The notes: a model not told the origin generated them from the letters alone. DNA of 64,000 nt from Candidatus Enterousia sp. (GCA_045635585.1 JAZTWA010000016.1:10785-74784), one strand, 5' to 3'. Positions 29,101 through 35,052 are shown, numbered from the stretch's first letter. Program-made: numbers and translations.

Positions 29101-29875
29101 CATCGCATTTATACATGATTGTTTCGCCAGATTGACATGAACTGCCCAAATCGTACCCTCTGGGGCATTGGGTGACGTTCGTAAAATCATAACCATCACA
29201 TGCCTTTTGTGTACATTTTACCATCAGCACATCACCGGCCAAACATGTGTCACCTGCAATCTCTTCGTATCCCGTTCCACACGACATTTGATAGCCAACG
29301 CATTGATTGGGTGTACATTTTTTATACGTAACACCACCTGAGCTACATGTGTAGCCAGCTTCTGTCCATCCGTTTGGGCAGGGTTCAGATGCAATATAGT
29401 TATACCCTTGTTCTTCGCAAGAGATTTCTGGACCGGTGTCTGGGGTGTTGTTTGGGTTGCTTGTGCTTGAACCACCCGACATAGCAACAGCACCACCGAC
29501 TGCAGCGGCACCAATTCCACCCCATGCCCATTTACCCAGTCCAAGAAAAGACCATGATTTGTTTGCTGCTGTAACTTTTTGCATAAATGTTTGATATTGT
29601 TCAGGTGAAATCTTTTTTACGCATTTGTGTTCAGAATTTGCACCGGCTTTTGTTAGTGTTAAATATGCATTTACATTGTCGGCTTTTATGGCTTTACATA
29701 ATGCGGTGTCGCCGTTTTTATCTGTGGCATCAAATTTTATCTGTGCTTCTAAGCCAGATATATTGTCTGATGCTGCCATCAAATATATTGTATCCGCATC
29801 GGAAATATCTGCTATTGCTATATTTAGATGGCTGTATGTAATTATTGTAAAAATATATAATAAAGCTTTTTTCAT
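26156..29875 (-). CDS. Autotransporter (type Va) with ANK-like N-terminus and Cys-rich modules
   Basis: 1239 aa. Signal peptide, DKNGDTALCKAIKADN (ankyrin-like), about six modules C..GY....C.SG...YKC, passenger repeats N-x-G-x-G-D-V-Y-G-x-Y, and a C-terminal beta-barrel ending GIRFAF. Confidence 0.88.
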   Translation of the reverse strand: MKKALLYIFTIITYSHLNIAIADISDADTIYLMAASDNISGLEAQIKFDATDKNGDTALCKAIKADNVNAYLTLTKAGANSEHKCVKKISPEQYQTFMQKVTAANKSWSFLGLGKWAWGGIGAAAVGGAVAMSGGSSTSNPNNTPDTGPEISCEEQGYNYIASEPCPNGWTEAGYTCSSGGVTYKKCTPNQCVGYQMSCGTGYEEIAGDTCLAGDVLMVKCTQKACDGYDFTNVTQCPRGYDLGSSCQSGETIMYKCDAPADCSDFDYNNSSQCPAGYTIGSSCLSGATTTYKCDALIQCPYHTIECVGGYVATGNTCQSGESIYKECKPVQCKEDEIWSEQGCITSDNIGMSANSAILFNNDTMALVYNQNDVADFYGIQNTAASSTNPETYNAYSYTGPDATDFAYDTASISIVNNSNANVYGIYGNGKVINAYAKSELGSFTSEAYGAIYIDNNGDGDVYGLYSDDVLNAYAHRINEEDSDIHILPIANGTIVINNHGDGDVYGMYGNKTAYNSDHSGSYSDSETKGFMHIINRGNGDVYGIKSWLATNGYAYTERFNHEPVGIIKIQNFGTGITYGIYGEALSQNHTEAETSIINQSTGIGIGLYSSGYFATSSWFTGGSVHNYGKTNLQNMSSGKIVGAVVLDEGVGRNAYGATINLNNIGTGSVIGMLGGAESDLENSSSAHINITRNAYLDEYGVAHEPTSDTAGIIIGMFADENSTVENSGDINITTNGNAFGIYAKTGSHVINSGNINITADGTAYGIYVEGDSTVSNTGQISINGAACSDRYCYTGNYIVLNGSTLVNAGTMSADTLSLNSMGGTVRAAAGSRFVATDAISGDLNISSELVSSGNQTTYVAENMIDAGDVSGLNLVSESALFNARLASNGHDVVMTMRGFDEFTDNKSLAAFLAHNYASGNNTDLFGDLKSIGTNAAFMGALNGFSGLGAFNQFANEDLAAMREMNFSMNEQLFETSGRDDVDISGGVNYFSFSNQSGVGSGSYGLSIDRISDKWKMGYGMSMANISTGNDDGINRQNTIGLFYMPMTYTNSGYEVIVNPKIGFSRGEYNRQGFNNMSYEGYIEKRIFGLMNDIRYPLSFGNWTVAPNLGLNAIVYNQSGHEENKLYGLIIPDSNLVSVEAGLGLYAKYDRTFADNSKLSFNTGLMAYREFSDCYNIELGIRGMDGTFNLYDDNLYDYRGAATIGFKYNSGRLNLYGNAQYFTDSDSYMNLKAGIRFAF

Positions 29876-29902
29876 TTAATCCCCCTGTATGTGAATTCGT
29901 TT

Positions 29903-30940
29903 TTATATTTTGATTTTTGTGTTTGGGTTATCAGACACCAAATGTATATTGTGTGCATTACACATAATGTCTGTAATCTTTGGTTTGGCGTTGCCGCCTT
30001 TGTGCCATGTGTAGTACAAAAACATACTGTGACGTTCTGGATAAAATATGCTTAGAAATGATTTATCATGACTGGCAGCTGAGCCATGGTGTGGTATTTG
30101 TAAAATCTGAACATTTTGCAACAAGATGCCATAATGCTTTACAAAACCATCTAAAGCCTCGTCGGAATCCATAAAAGCATCACCTGTATGCAACCAATTT
30201 GTCCACTTATAACGACAGTATGGTATTTGACCAATCAAACATGGGCAGCACATAGGCAAATGGTCAATCGTTTTTGAACCGCAATACAAGCACAGCATAA
30301 TTTTATTTGTTATGTGTTTTTGTTCCTTGAATAGGTCTTTCAGCTTGTTACATATATTTAGAGCAAAATCACAGCTCTCCATATGTTTAAGGGTCTCTTC
30401 AATGCTTCCCACGCCTAAGAAGTGCTTTATACTTTTCTCTTCTTCTGTTGAAAAACCTGTTACATAAGGAAATAAAATATTTGAATCGCCAATATTTATA
30501 CGCCGTGTCTTTGACCTATCTTCTAAAACGACCTGTAATCTATCGTCTTTTGCGTGCCGGTTATTGACAACAAGGTTGTAGTATTCATTATAATAATCGG
30601 TATTTTCTGTAGAGACGTATGAGGCTAACAATACAACCTTCTCAACAGAAGTGGTTTTGGGATAGTGAGTTATTATACGCAATGGATTTGTTTTGTCTTG
30701 AGGTATGCTTTCAAGCAAATCAATCAATTTGTTATAATGGTCTGTATGGAAATGTGAAATGAATATGTGTAATGTAGAACATTTTTGTATTTGTGCTATA
30801 ACATCCTGCTTGACTTCATTCCAGTCAACCTTGCTTCCTCTGTAATATCCGCAATCATAAATGTAGGCAACATCACCAATAATCCCAAGGTGTAAACCGC
30901 CTTGACCAACAGGATATTGTGTGTGTGAACAATAGCTCAT
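29903..30940 (-). CDS. Metallo-beta-lactamase fold protein, ComEC/Rec2-type nuclease-like
   Basis: VGQGGLHLG, HFHTDH (HxHxDH), WLHTGDAF and IPHHGS. Has a Cys-rich insertion CLYCGS..CCPC..C. Confidence 0.85.
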   Translation of the reverse strand: MSYCSHTQYPVGQGGLHLGIIGDVAYIYDCGYYRGSKVDWNEVKQDVIAQIQKCSTLHIFISHFHTDHYNKLIDLLESIPQDKTNPLRIITHYPKTTSVEKVVLLASYVSTENTDYYNEYYNLVVNNRHAKDDRLQVVLEDRSKTRRINIGDSNILFPYVTGFSTEEEKSIKHFLGVGSIEETLKHMESCDFALNICNKLKDLFKEQKHITNKIMLCLYCGSKTIDHLPMCCPCLIGQIPYCRYKWTNWLHTGDAFMDSDEALDGFVKHYGILLQNVQILQIPHHGSAASHDKSFLSIFYPERHSMFLYYTWHKGGNAKPKITDIMCNAHNIHLVSDNPNTKIKI

Positions 30941-30960
30941 TTTGTTTTCTCCCAGACAAG

Positions 30961-30986
30961 AAAAATGCCGCCCAAGAAAGAGCGGC
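30961..30986 (-). terminator. Intrinsic terminator/attenuator 20 nt upstream of the MBL RBS
   Basis: Minus strand reads GCCGC-UCUUUCUUGG-GCGGC-A-UUUUU. Confidence 0.45.
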
Positions 30987-31177
30987 CGGGGAGTTCAAAA
31001 ATCATATAGCTTAATGATTCTGTGGCCTTTCGGTTTCCCGTATTTTATAACCAACAGCTCCCCGACATAACGTCAGGGATGATAACGGTGCAAAAACACC
31101 GAAACATCAATTTAACGATGCTTTCGCACCGAAGCTATAGGGCTTTTGACAACCCCGAACCCAATCTCTTGGATTCT
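30961..31177 (-). ncRNA. Structured RNA / 5' leader of unknown class (~217 nt, promoter to terminator)
   Basis: No ORF present. Multiple helices with GNRA loops (GAGA, GAAA x2), a 7-bp long-range helix CGGGGAG/CUCCCCG enclosing a 3-way junction, and a terminal GC hairpin plus U5. GC is locally higher than in the flanks. Confidence 0.4.
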
Positions 31178-31183
31178 CTTCCC

Positions 31184-31212
31184 AGTATAAAAAGTTGATT
31201 AAACAAAAGCAA
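31184..31212 (-). promoter_or_regulatory. Putative sigma70 promoter of the structured RNA / MBL-autotransporter transcript
   Basis: Minus strand TTGCTT-17 nt-TATACT, immediately after the methyltransferase stop. Confidence 0.4.
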
Positions 31213-31236
31213 GCAGAAACAAATACCGTTTATTTG

Positions 31237-32889
31237 TTATTTGTAAATCTTATATTTTGCATGAATATTTTTTAGTCGCTGGATTGTTATTTGGTGAATG
31301 AATTTGAATCCCGCTTTTGCTTCGGCACTACCTGGTTGGACTTTCTCAGGTAATTGACACAGGATGAAGCTTCGTGTGCCGCCATCTAGTTTATTTTGAA
31401 CCATTACTGCCTCAGCCGTAGTTGCAGAACCGGCAAACGCATCAAGTACAACGGCGTCTTTCTTACCAATCCATTTGAGTAAATCCTGGATAAGTTTGAC
31501 CGGCTTTTTCCCAGCACTGAAAGGCACGCCACCTTCCTTCTGTATACGACTTTTTTCTGAGTAATATCCCTTCCAGATGTCGCCTCTGATAACAGAATTT
31601 TCTAGTGTGCCGTCATCACTTTTCTGCAATTTGTTATAAAAGGGCTTTAAATGATACGCAGTGCCGTCTTGCGTTTTCTCTAATAATTTGCCGTCATATT
31701 CAAAAACAACGCCTACAGGGGCATTAAAATCGCTTTTAACTGGGTTTTGATACGGTTTAGTTCTCTTGTACAGATTTTTTGATAGACTTTGGTACACATA
31801 GTTTTCAAAATCAGTATCGTAATCCATTAATGTGGCTATATTTTCTTGGTTTATCTTTAGACCGTGTTTTGTAAACAGTTCTTTGACGTCTTCTTGCTGT
31901 TGTAAATAATCAATCAGCGGTATCTTATTCAGGTTTTTATCTATAACCAGATTATAACTGGATGTAAATTTATTGCTAGCAGGGTCATATAATCGCTGTA
32001 AATAATCGATATTGGATTTATCCTTGGCATAAACCAACAAATACCCCTTTGTGCTGGGAAGTTTGTATTGAGTATAACCTGACACTGGACCTGCAGCAAT
32101 AGCCATCTCTATCACAATATTATTTATTATGTTTTCTCTGCCAAACACGTCATCCATAAGTAACTTTACATAGGCGACTTCATGTTCGCTGACAGATAAC
32201 GCAACTAAGCCAGTGGATGATAGTAGTTTCTGCACCAGTTTCAAACGTGGCAACAGCATGCATAGTAAGTCACAAGTGCCGTCAAAGCTATCAGCATATG
32301 CTTGTTTTACCCGAGTGCTGGGCATGTTATAAGGAATGTCAAGATATGCTAAATCGACTGTTCCTTGATATTCTGGCATCACGGCTTTCATAACGTTTAT
32401 GTTATCACCAATGTATAATCTATTATTTGAATCTTTGTTGGCGGATTTTTCGTTGTGATATTTATATGGTTTAAATCGTTTGGAACTGGGGGTGTCCGAC
32501 TGTTTTTCTGCAAAGTCCCGGCCATCGAAGTGCAGGAACAGACCATTTTTGTTCTGGGTGCGTGTAGTATTGTTTTCGAAATCTGACAAAGAACCAACCA
32601 GTGCATCGTATTTGTACCATTGACCCCACTTTTTATCATGGTTTATAGCGGATATTATGCCGATTTCTTGTAGTTTCTTTATAGTATTTGTGACTGTTGG
32701 GCGTGTTAAACCGGTCTTTTGTACCAAGGTTGTAATATCCATCTTAGGCGTTTTGCAAAATTCATCCAAGATACGCATGGCAGACTTTTTGCATTTGCCG
32801 ATATTTTCAACCTTTAGTCGGTCTGCTGCAATCTGCTCTTGATTGAAGTTTGCTAATGTTTGACGAATGTGTTTTTTATTGTTTTTCAT
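31237..32889 (-). CDS. wHTH-fused beta-class DNA methyltransferase (Type III Mod-like), orphan
   Basis: N-terminal MarR-like wHTH (ITTLVQKTGLTRPTVTNTIKKLQEIGII). Then LYIGDNINVM, motif IV LAYLDIPYN, FGRENIIN, KPVKLIQDLL, and motif I VLDAFAGSATTAEAV (order IV then I). No res gene is adjacent. Confidence 0.88.
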   Translation of the reverse strand: MKNNKKHIRQTLANFNQEQIAADRLKVENIGKCKKSAMRILDEFCKTPKMDITTLVQKTGLTRPTVTNTIKKLQEIGIISAINHDKKWGQWYKYDALVGSLSDFENNTTRTQNKNGLFLHFDGRDFAEKQSDTPSSKRFKPYKYHNEKSANKDSNNRLYIGDNINVMKAVMPEYQGTVDLAYLDIPYNMPSTRVKQAYADSFDGTCDLLCMLLPRLKLVQKLLSSTGLVALSVSEHEVAYVKLLMDDVFGRENIINNIVIEMAIAAGPVSGYTQYKLPSTKGYLLVYAKDKSNIDYLQRLYDPASNKFTSSYNLVIDKNLNKIPLIDYLQQQEDVKELFTKHGLKINQENIATLMDYDTDFENYVYQSLSKNLYKRTKPYQNPVKSDFNAPVGVVFEYDGKLLEKTQDGTAYHLKPFYNKLQKSDDGTLENSVIRGDIWKGYYSEKSRIQKEGGVPFSAGKKPVKLIQDLLKWIGKKDAVVLDAFAGSATTAEAVMVQNKLDGGTRSFILCQLPEKVQPGSAEAKAGFKFIHQITIQRLKNIHAKYKIYK

Positions 32890-33032
32890 GATATAGACTT
32901 TTTCATTTTTCCTTTATTTTTTCAACCAATAAATAAATGAAAATTCTTTTATATGCTATTACATGTTCTTTTGGGTCCAGATACAAAAATCCAGAGTGAT
33001 GCAACATAACCATCTTACTTAATCTGACTTTG

Positions 33033-33124
33033 GCGCACCGATAAGTTCTTCGTATGCAGTTGCTACGCTCCACTCTTTTTGGGGACGTTCCCGCTTGCAA
33101 CTGACTACGAACTTATTTGGGCGC
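33033..33124. repeat. Long imperfect palindrome (~92 nt hairpin)
   Basis: Nested pairings GCGC/GCGC, ATAAGTTC/GAACTTAT, GTA/TAC and CAGTTGC/GCAACTG, followed by TTTT. Lies in the divergent MTase-alpA intergenic region. Confidence 0.5.
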
Positions 33125-33196
33125 TTTTGTTATCACTAAGCTATGCAGGTAAATTTATGGAAGTTTTTGATGTTCTATATATCAAGGAGAAAACAA

Positions 33197-33385
33197 ATGA
33201 CATACACACACGAAACTCTACTGACTGTTCATGAATTAGCCACATTACTGAAAATCAAACCAGATACAATTTACCATTGGAATTTACGTAAAGCTTACCC
33301 TGAGATAAAACGCGTAAAAATTGCAGGTAAGGTATATTTCAAACTATCTTCGTTGCAACCATTTTTGAATATAGATACGCCTTAA
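33197..33385 (+). CDS. AlpA/excisionase-family HTH protein
   Basis: 62 aa. LTVHELATLLKIKPDTIYHW is a MerR/AlpA-type HTH. AAGGAG RBS before ATG 33197. Confidence 0.8.
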   Translation: MTYTHETLLTVHELATLLKIKPDTIYHWNLRKAYPEIKRVKIAGKVYFKLSSLQPFLNIDTP

Positions 33386-34210
33386 TTTATTTATCGGATT
33401 GGGTATATTCAGACAGTTATTTCTTTTTAATATCACACCAAAACCCACCCATAACTTCAACGTTGATAGTGACGAAGGAGTATATGGGTATATTTTTTCT
33501 TTTACTTTGCCGAACCATGTTTTCAAGTAGAATAGATAAGCACCTTCATCTTGGATATATCTTGCATTTGGACTGTTAGTATATTTGTTTAATTCCTTGA
33601 GCATATACGCACAAACACCTTCCTTGTCATATATGTATCTTAGGTTTATCACTGTACTAAAAAATCCAAAATACTCCCTAACTTCATCAATAGCTGTTAC
33701 CAATCGTCTTAGTACGTCCATAGGTTCACCACAGTGTTTGATAAGTAAGTGTACATGCCAGAAACCACTTTTACCACGTTCAAACACACCGACAAAAGGC
33801 AATGGATTACGTTTCCAGTTATGTTCGCTGGATGTAAATTTCCTTTCTATTGTGCGGATAATATTACGGTACATTTCTTTGGCAGCCTGTTGATTTTTTG
33901 TCCTTTTATATCCTGATTGGTTTACATGGGGCAATTTGATGGTTAGTAACGCCAAATATTCCGATTTCATAAGGTCCAGAAACCATGCTTGTTGTTCTGG
34001 GGTCATGCTGTATTTATGGTTTCTGTATATTCCTTGGTCTTCTGCATAACATTCATTGTTGAACATATCCAATATATCTGTGACTGTTCTGCGGGATATT
34101 TTGTCTTGGGTTGCATCTTTGTACCACGTTCTTCGTTTTATCGTATTTGCATGCCTAGTTAATGTTTCTGTATTTTTGAAAAAGTTAGTTGTTGGTTCTG
34201 TGTTGCTCAT
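33344..34210 (-). CDS. HUH-type replication initiator (Rep)-like protein
   Basis: Motif-1-like ALLTIKLP, HUH motif FWHVHLLI, Tyr motif GVCAYMLKELNK. Start set at ATG 34210 (MSNTEPT). Confidence 0.65.
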   Translation of the reverse strand: MSNTEPTTNFFKNTETLTRHANTIKRRTWYKDATQDKISRRTVTDILDMFNNECYAEDQGIYRNHKYSMTPEQQAWFLDLMKSEYLALLTIKLPHVNQSGYKRTKNQQAAKEMYRNIIRTIERKFTSSEHNWKRNPLPFVGVFERGKSGFWHVHLLIKHCGEPMDVLRRLVTAIDEVREYFGFFSTVINLRYIYDKEGVCAYMLKELNKYTNSPNARYIQDEGAYLFYLKTWFGKVKEKIYPYTPSSLSTLKLWVGFGVILKRNNCLNIPNPINKLRRIYIQKWLQRR

Positions 34211-34420
34211 AGTTGATACCTTTATGGTGTAGTGATAGACCCCGTCTGGCAAGCACTTGGACGGCAATATTGTAAAAAGACCCACGCAGTATATTTTGAA
34301 CCGATAAGCAATCCCATTCACCCCACGCAGTCAATTGAATAGAACTGTTGATTTGGATAAAAATGGAAATGTTTGATTATTTATGATGATTCAGCACTGC
34401 AAATGCATGCGTGCACCTAA

Positions 34421-34442
34421 TAAAAAAGCCCTTAAAGGGCCC
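34421..34442 (-). terminator. Terminator after the small island ORF
   Basis: Minus strand reads GGGCCC-TTTAA-GGGC-T6. Confidence 0.5.
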
Positions 34443-34466
34443 ATCAAAGAAAAATTGCTTAAGAAA

Positions 34467-34676
34467 TTATTGCAATGAGATTTCTGCTTTGAAACGCAGC
34501 ATGACATTTGCCTGTTTGCACGTAATTAGATAGCCACAACACATCTGTTCTGTAATATTAACTACCGCAGGGTGCACATACATACCTGCAACCTTGGCCA
34601 TCAGCACCAGATTTTCCCAATATTCTGTACCCAATCCCATAACTTCGCGGACTTCAGAATTTTCATAATTACACAT
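34467..34676 (-). CDS. Hypothetical small protein (69 aa)
   Basis: Flanked upstream by a palindromic operator-like element and downstream by a terminator. No known motif. Confidence 0.4.
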   Translation of the reverse strand: MCNYENSEVREVMGLGTEYWENLVLMAKVAGMYVHPAVVNITEQMCCGYLITCKQANVMLRFKAEISLQ

Positions 34677-34691
34677 TTCTTTTTTCTTTTT

Positions 34692-34719
34692 AGTTCTATA
34701 TATATATGAATAGAACTGT
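34692..34719. repeat. Palindrome AGTTCTAT-N10-ATAGAACT overlapping the 13-mer TGAATAGAACTGT
   Basis: Perfect 8-bp inverted repeat. The 13-mer (34707-34719) recurs exactly at 34336-34348, upstream of rep. Confidence 0.5.
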
Positions 34720-34778
34720 ATTTTTGCTGGAAGAAATGAAATGCGAGTAAAAAATATATTTACTTGTCTTTGATGTGG

Positions 34779-34787
34779 TGATATAAT
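34779..34787 (+). promoter_or_regulatory. Extended -10 element (TGaTATAAT) pointing out of the island right end
   Basis: Sequence gtgg-TG-a-TATAAT-g. In an excised circle it would read across attP toward int. Confidence 0.35.
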
Positions 34788-34799
34788 GTGCTTGAACTT

Positions 34800-34886
34800 G
34801 AAACTGGTACGAAAAGTGATACGATGCCAAGGGCAAGAAGGATTTGGGTGTATAGAAATGGCAGAATTCCGGCGTTTTTAGGATAA
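34800..34886 (+). pseudogene. Degenerate duplicate of the integrase 5' end
   Basis: CTGGTACGAAAAGTGATACGA..TGCCAAGGGCA aligns (~27/32) with int 23335-23370 GTGGTACGAAAACTGGTACGAAATATGGCAAGGGGA. The short frame MPRARRIWVYRNGRIPAFLG* resembles an integrase N-terminus. Confidence 0.45.
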
Positions 34887-34897
34887 TGTGACGGACT

Positions 34898-34916
34898 TCC
34901 CACTATCCCCACCAAG
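34898..34916 (+). repeat. attR core: 19-bp direct repeat TCCCACTATCCCCACCAAG
   Basis: Identical to 23184-23202 (tRNA-Leu 3' end). Sits 21 nt upstream of tRNA-Val. Confidence 0.8.
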
Positions 34917-34937
34917 TGTATTTAATGGTTGTGTTTT

Positions 34938-35014
34938 GGATGTGTGGCTCAGTTGGTTAGAGCGCTTCGTTCACATCGAAGAGGTCGTTGGTTCGAGTCC
35001 AATCACATCCACCA
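34938..35014 (+). tRNA. tRNA-Val(CAC)
   Basis: Acceptor GGATGTG/CACATCC, anticodon loop TTCACAT, T-loop TTCGAGT, encoded CCA. Confidence 0.93.
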
Positions 35015-35020
35015 CAGTTA

Positions 35021-35052
35021 AAAAAAGAACCGCATTTGCGGTTCTTTTTTTT
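35021..35052. terminator. Bidirectional terminator after the tRNA cluster
   Basis: A7-GAACCGCA-TT-TGCGGTTC-T10. Confidence 0.65.

Larger units (their letters stand above)
23184..34916. mobile_element. Integrative genomic island (~11.7 kb) in tRNA-Leu(UAA), with int/alpA/rep backbone plus cargo
   Basis: Bounded by 19-bp direct repeats. Integrase sits next to the tRNA, with Xis/AlpA, an HUH Rep and a second recombinase. The insert interrupts an otherwise contiguous tRNA cluster. Confidence 0.75.

Noticed and set aside
30961-31177. Assignment of the structured RNA to a known class: cobalamin (GCCACAG resembles the B12 box), ZTP (CGGGGAGC), c-di-GMP-I, ydaO, hammerhead (CUGACGU), or retron msr/msd.
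   Set aside because: Only isolated short words match, and the surrounding conserved cores of those classes are absent. There is no reverse transcriptase for a retron, and the hammerhead CUGANGA core is broken.
32903-33100. 65-aa minus-strand ORF between the methyltransferase and alpA.
   Set aside because: It has no RBS, an odd composition, and lies across the long palindrome 33033-33124. It is more likely non-coding.
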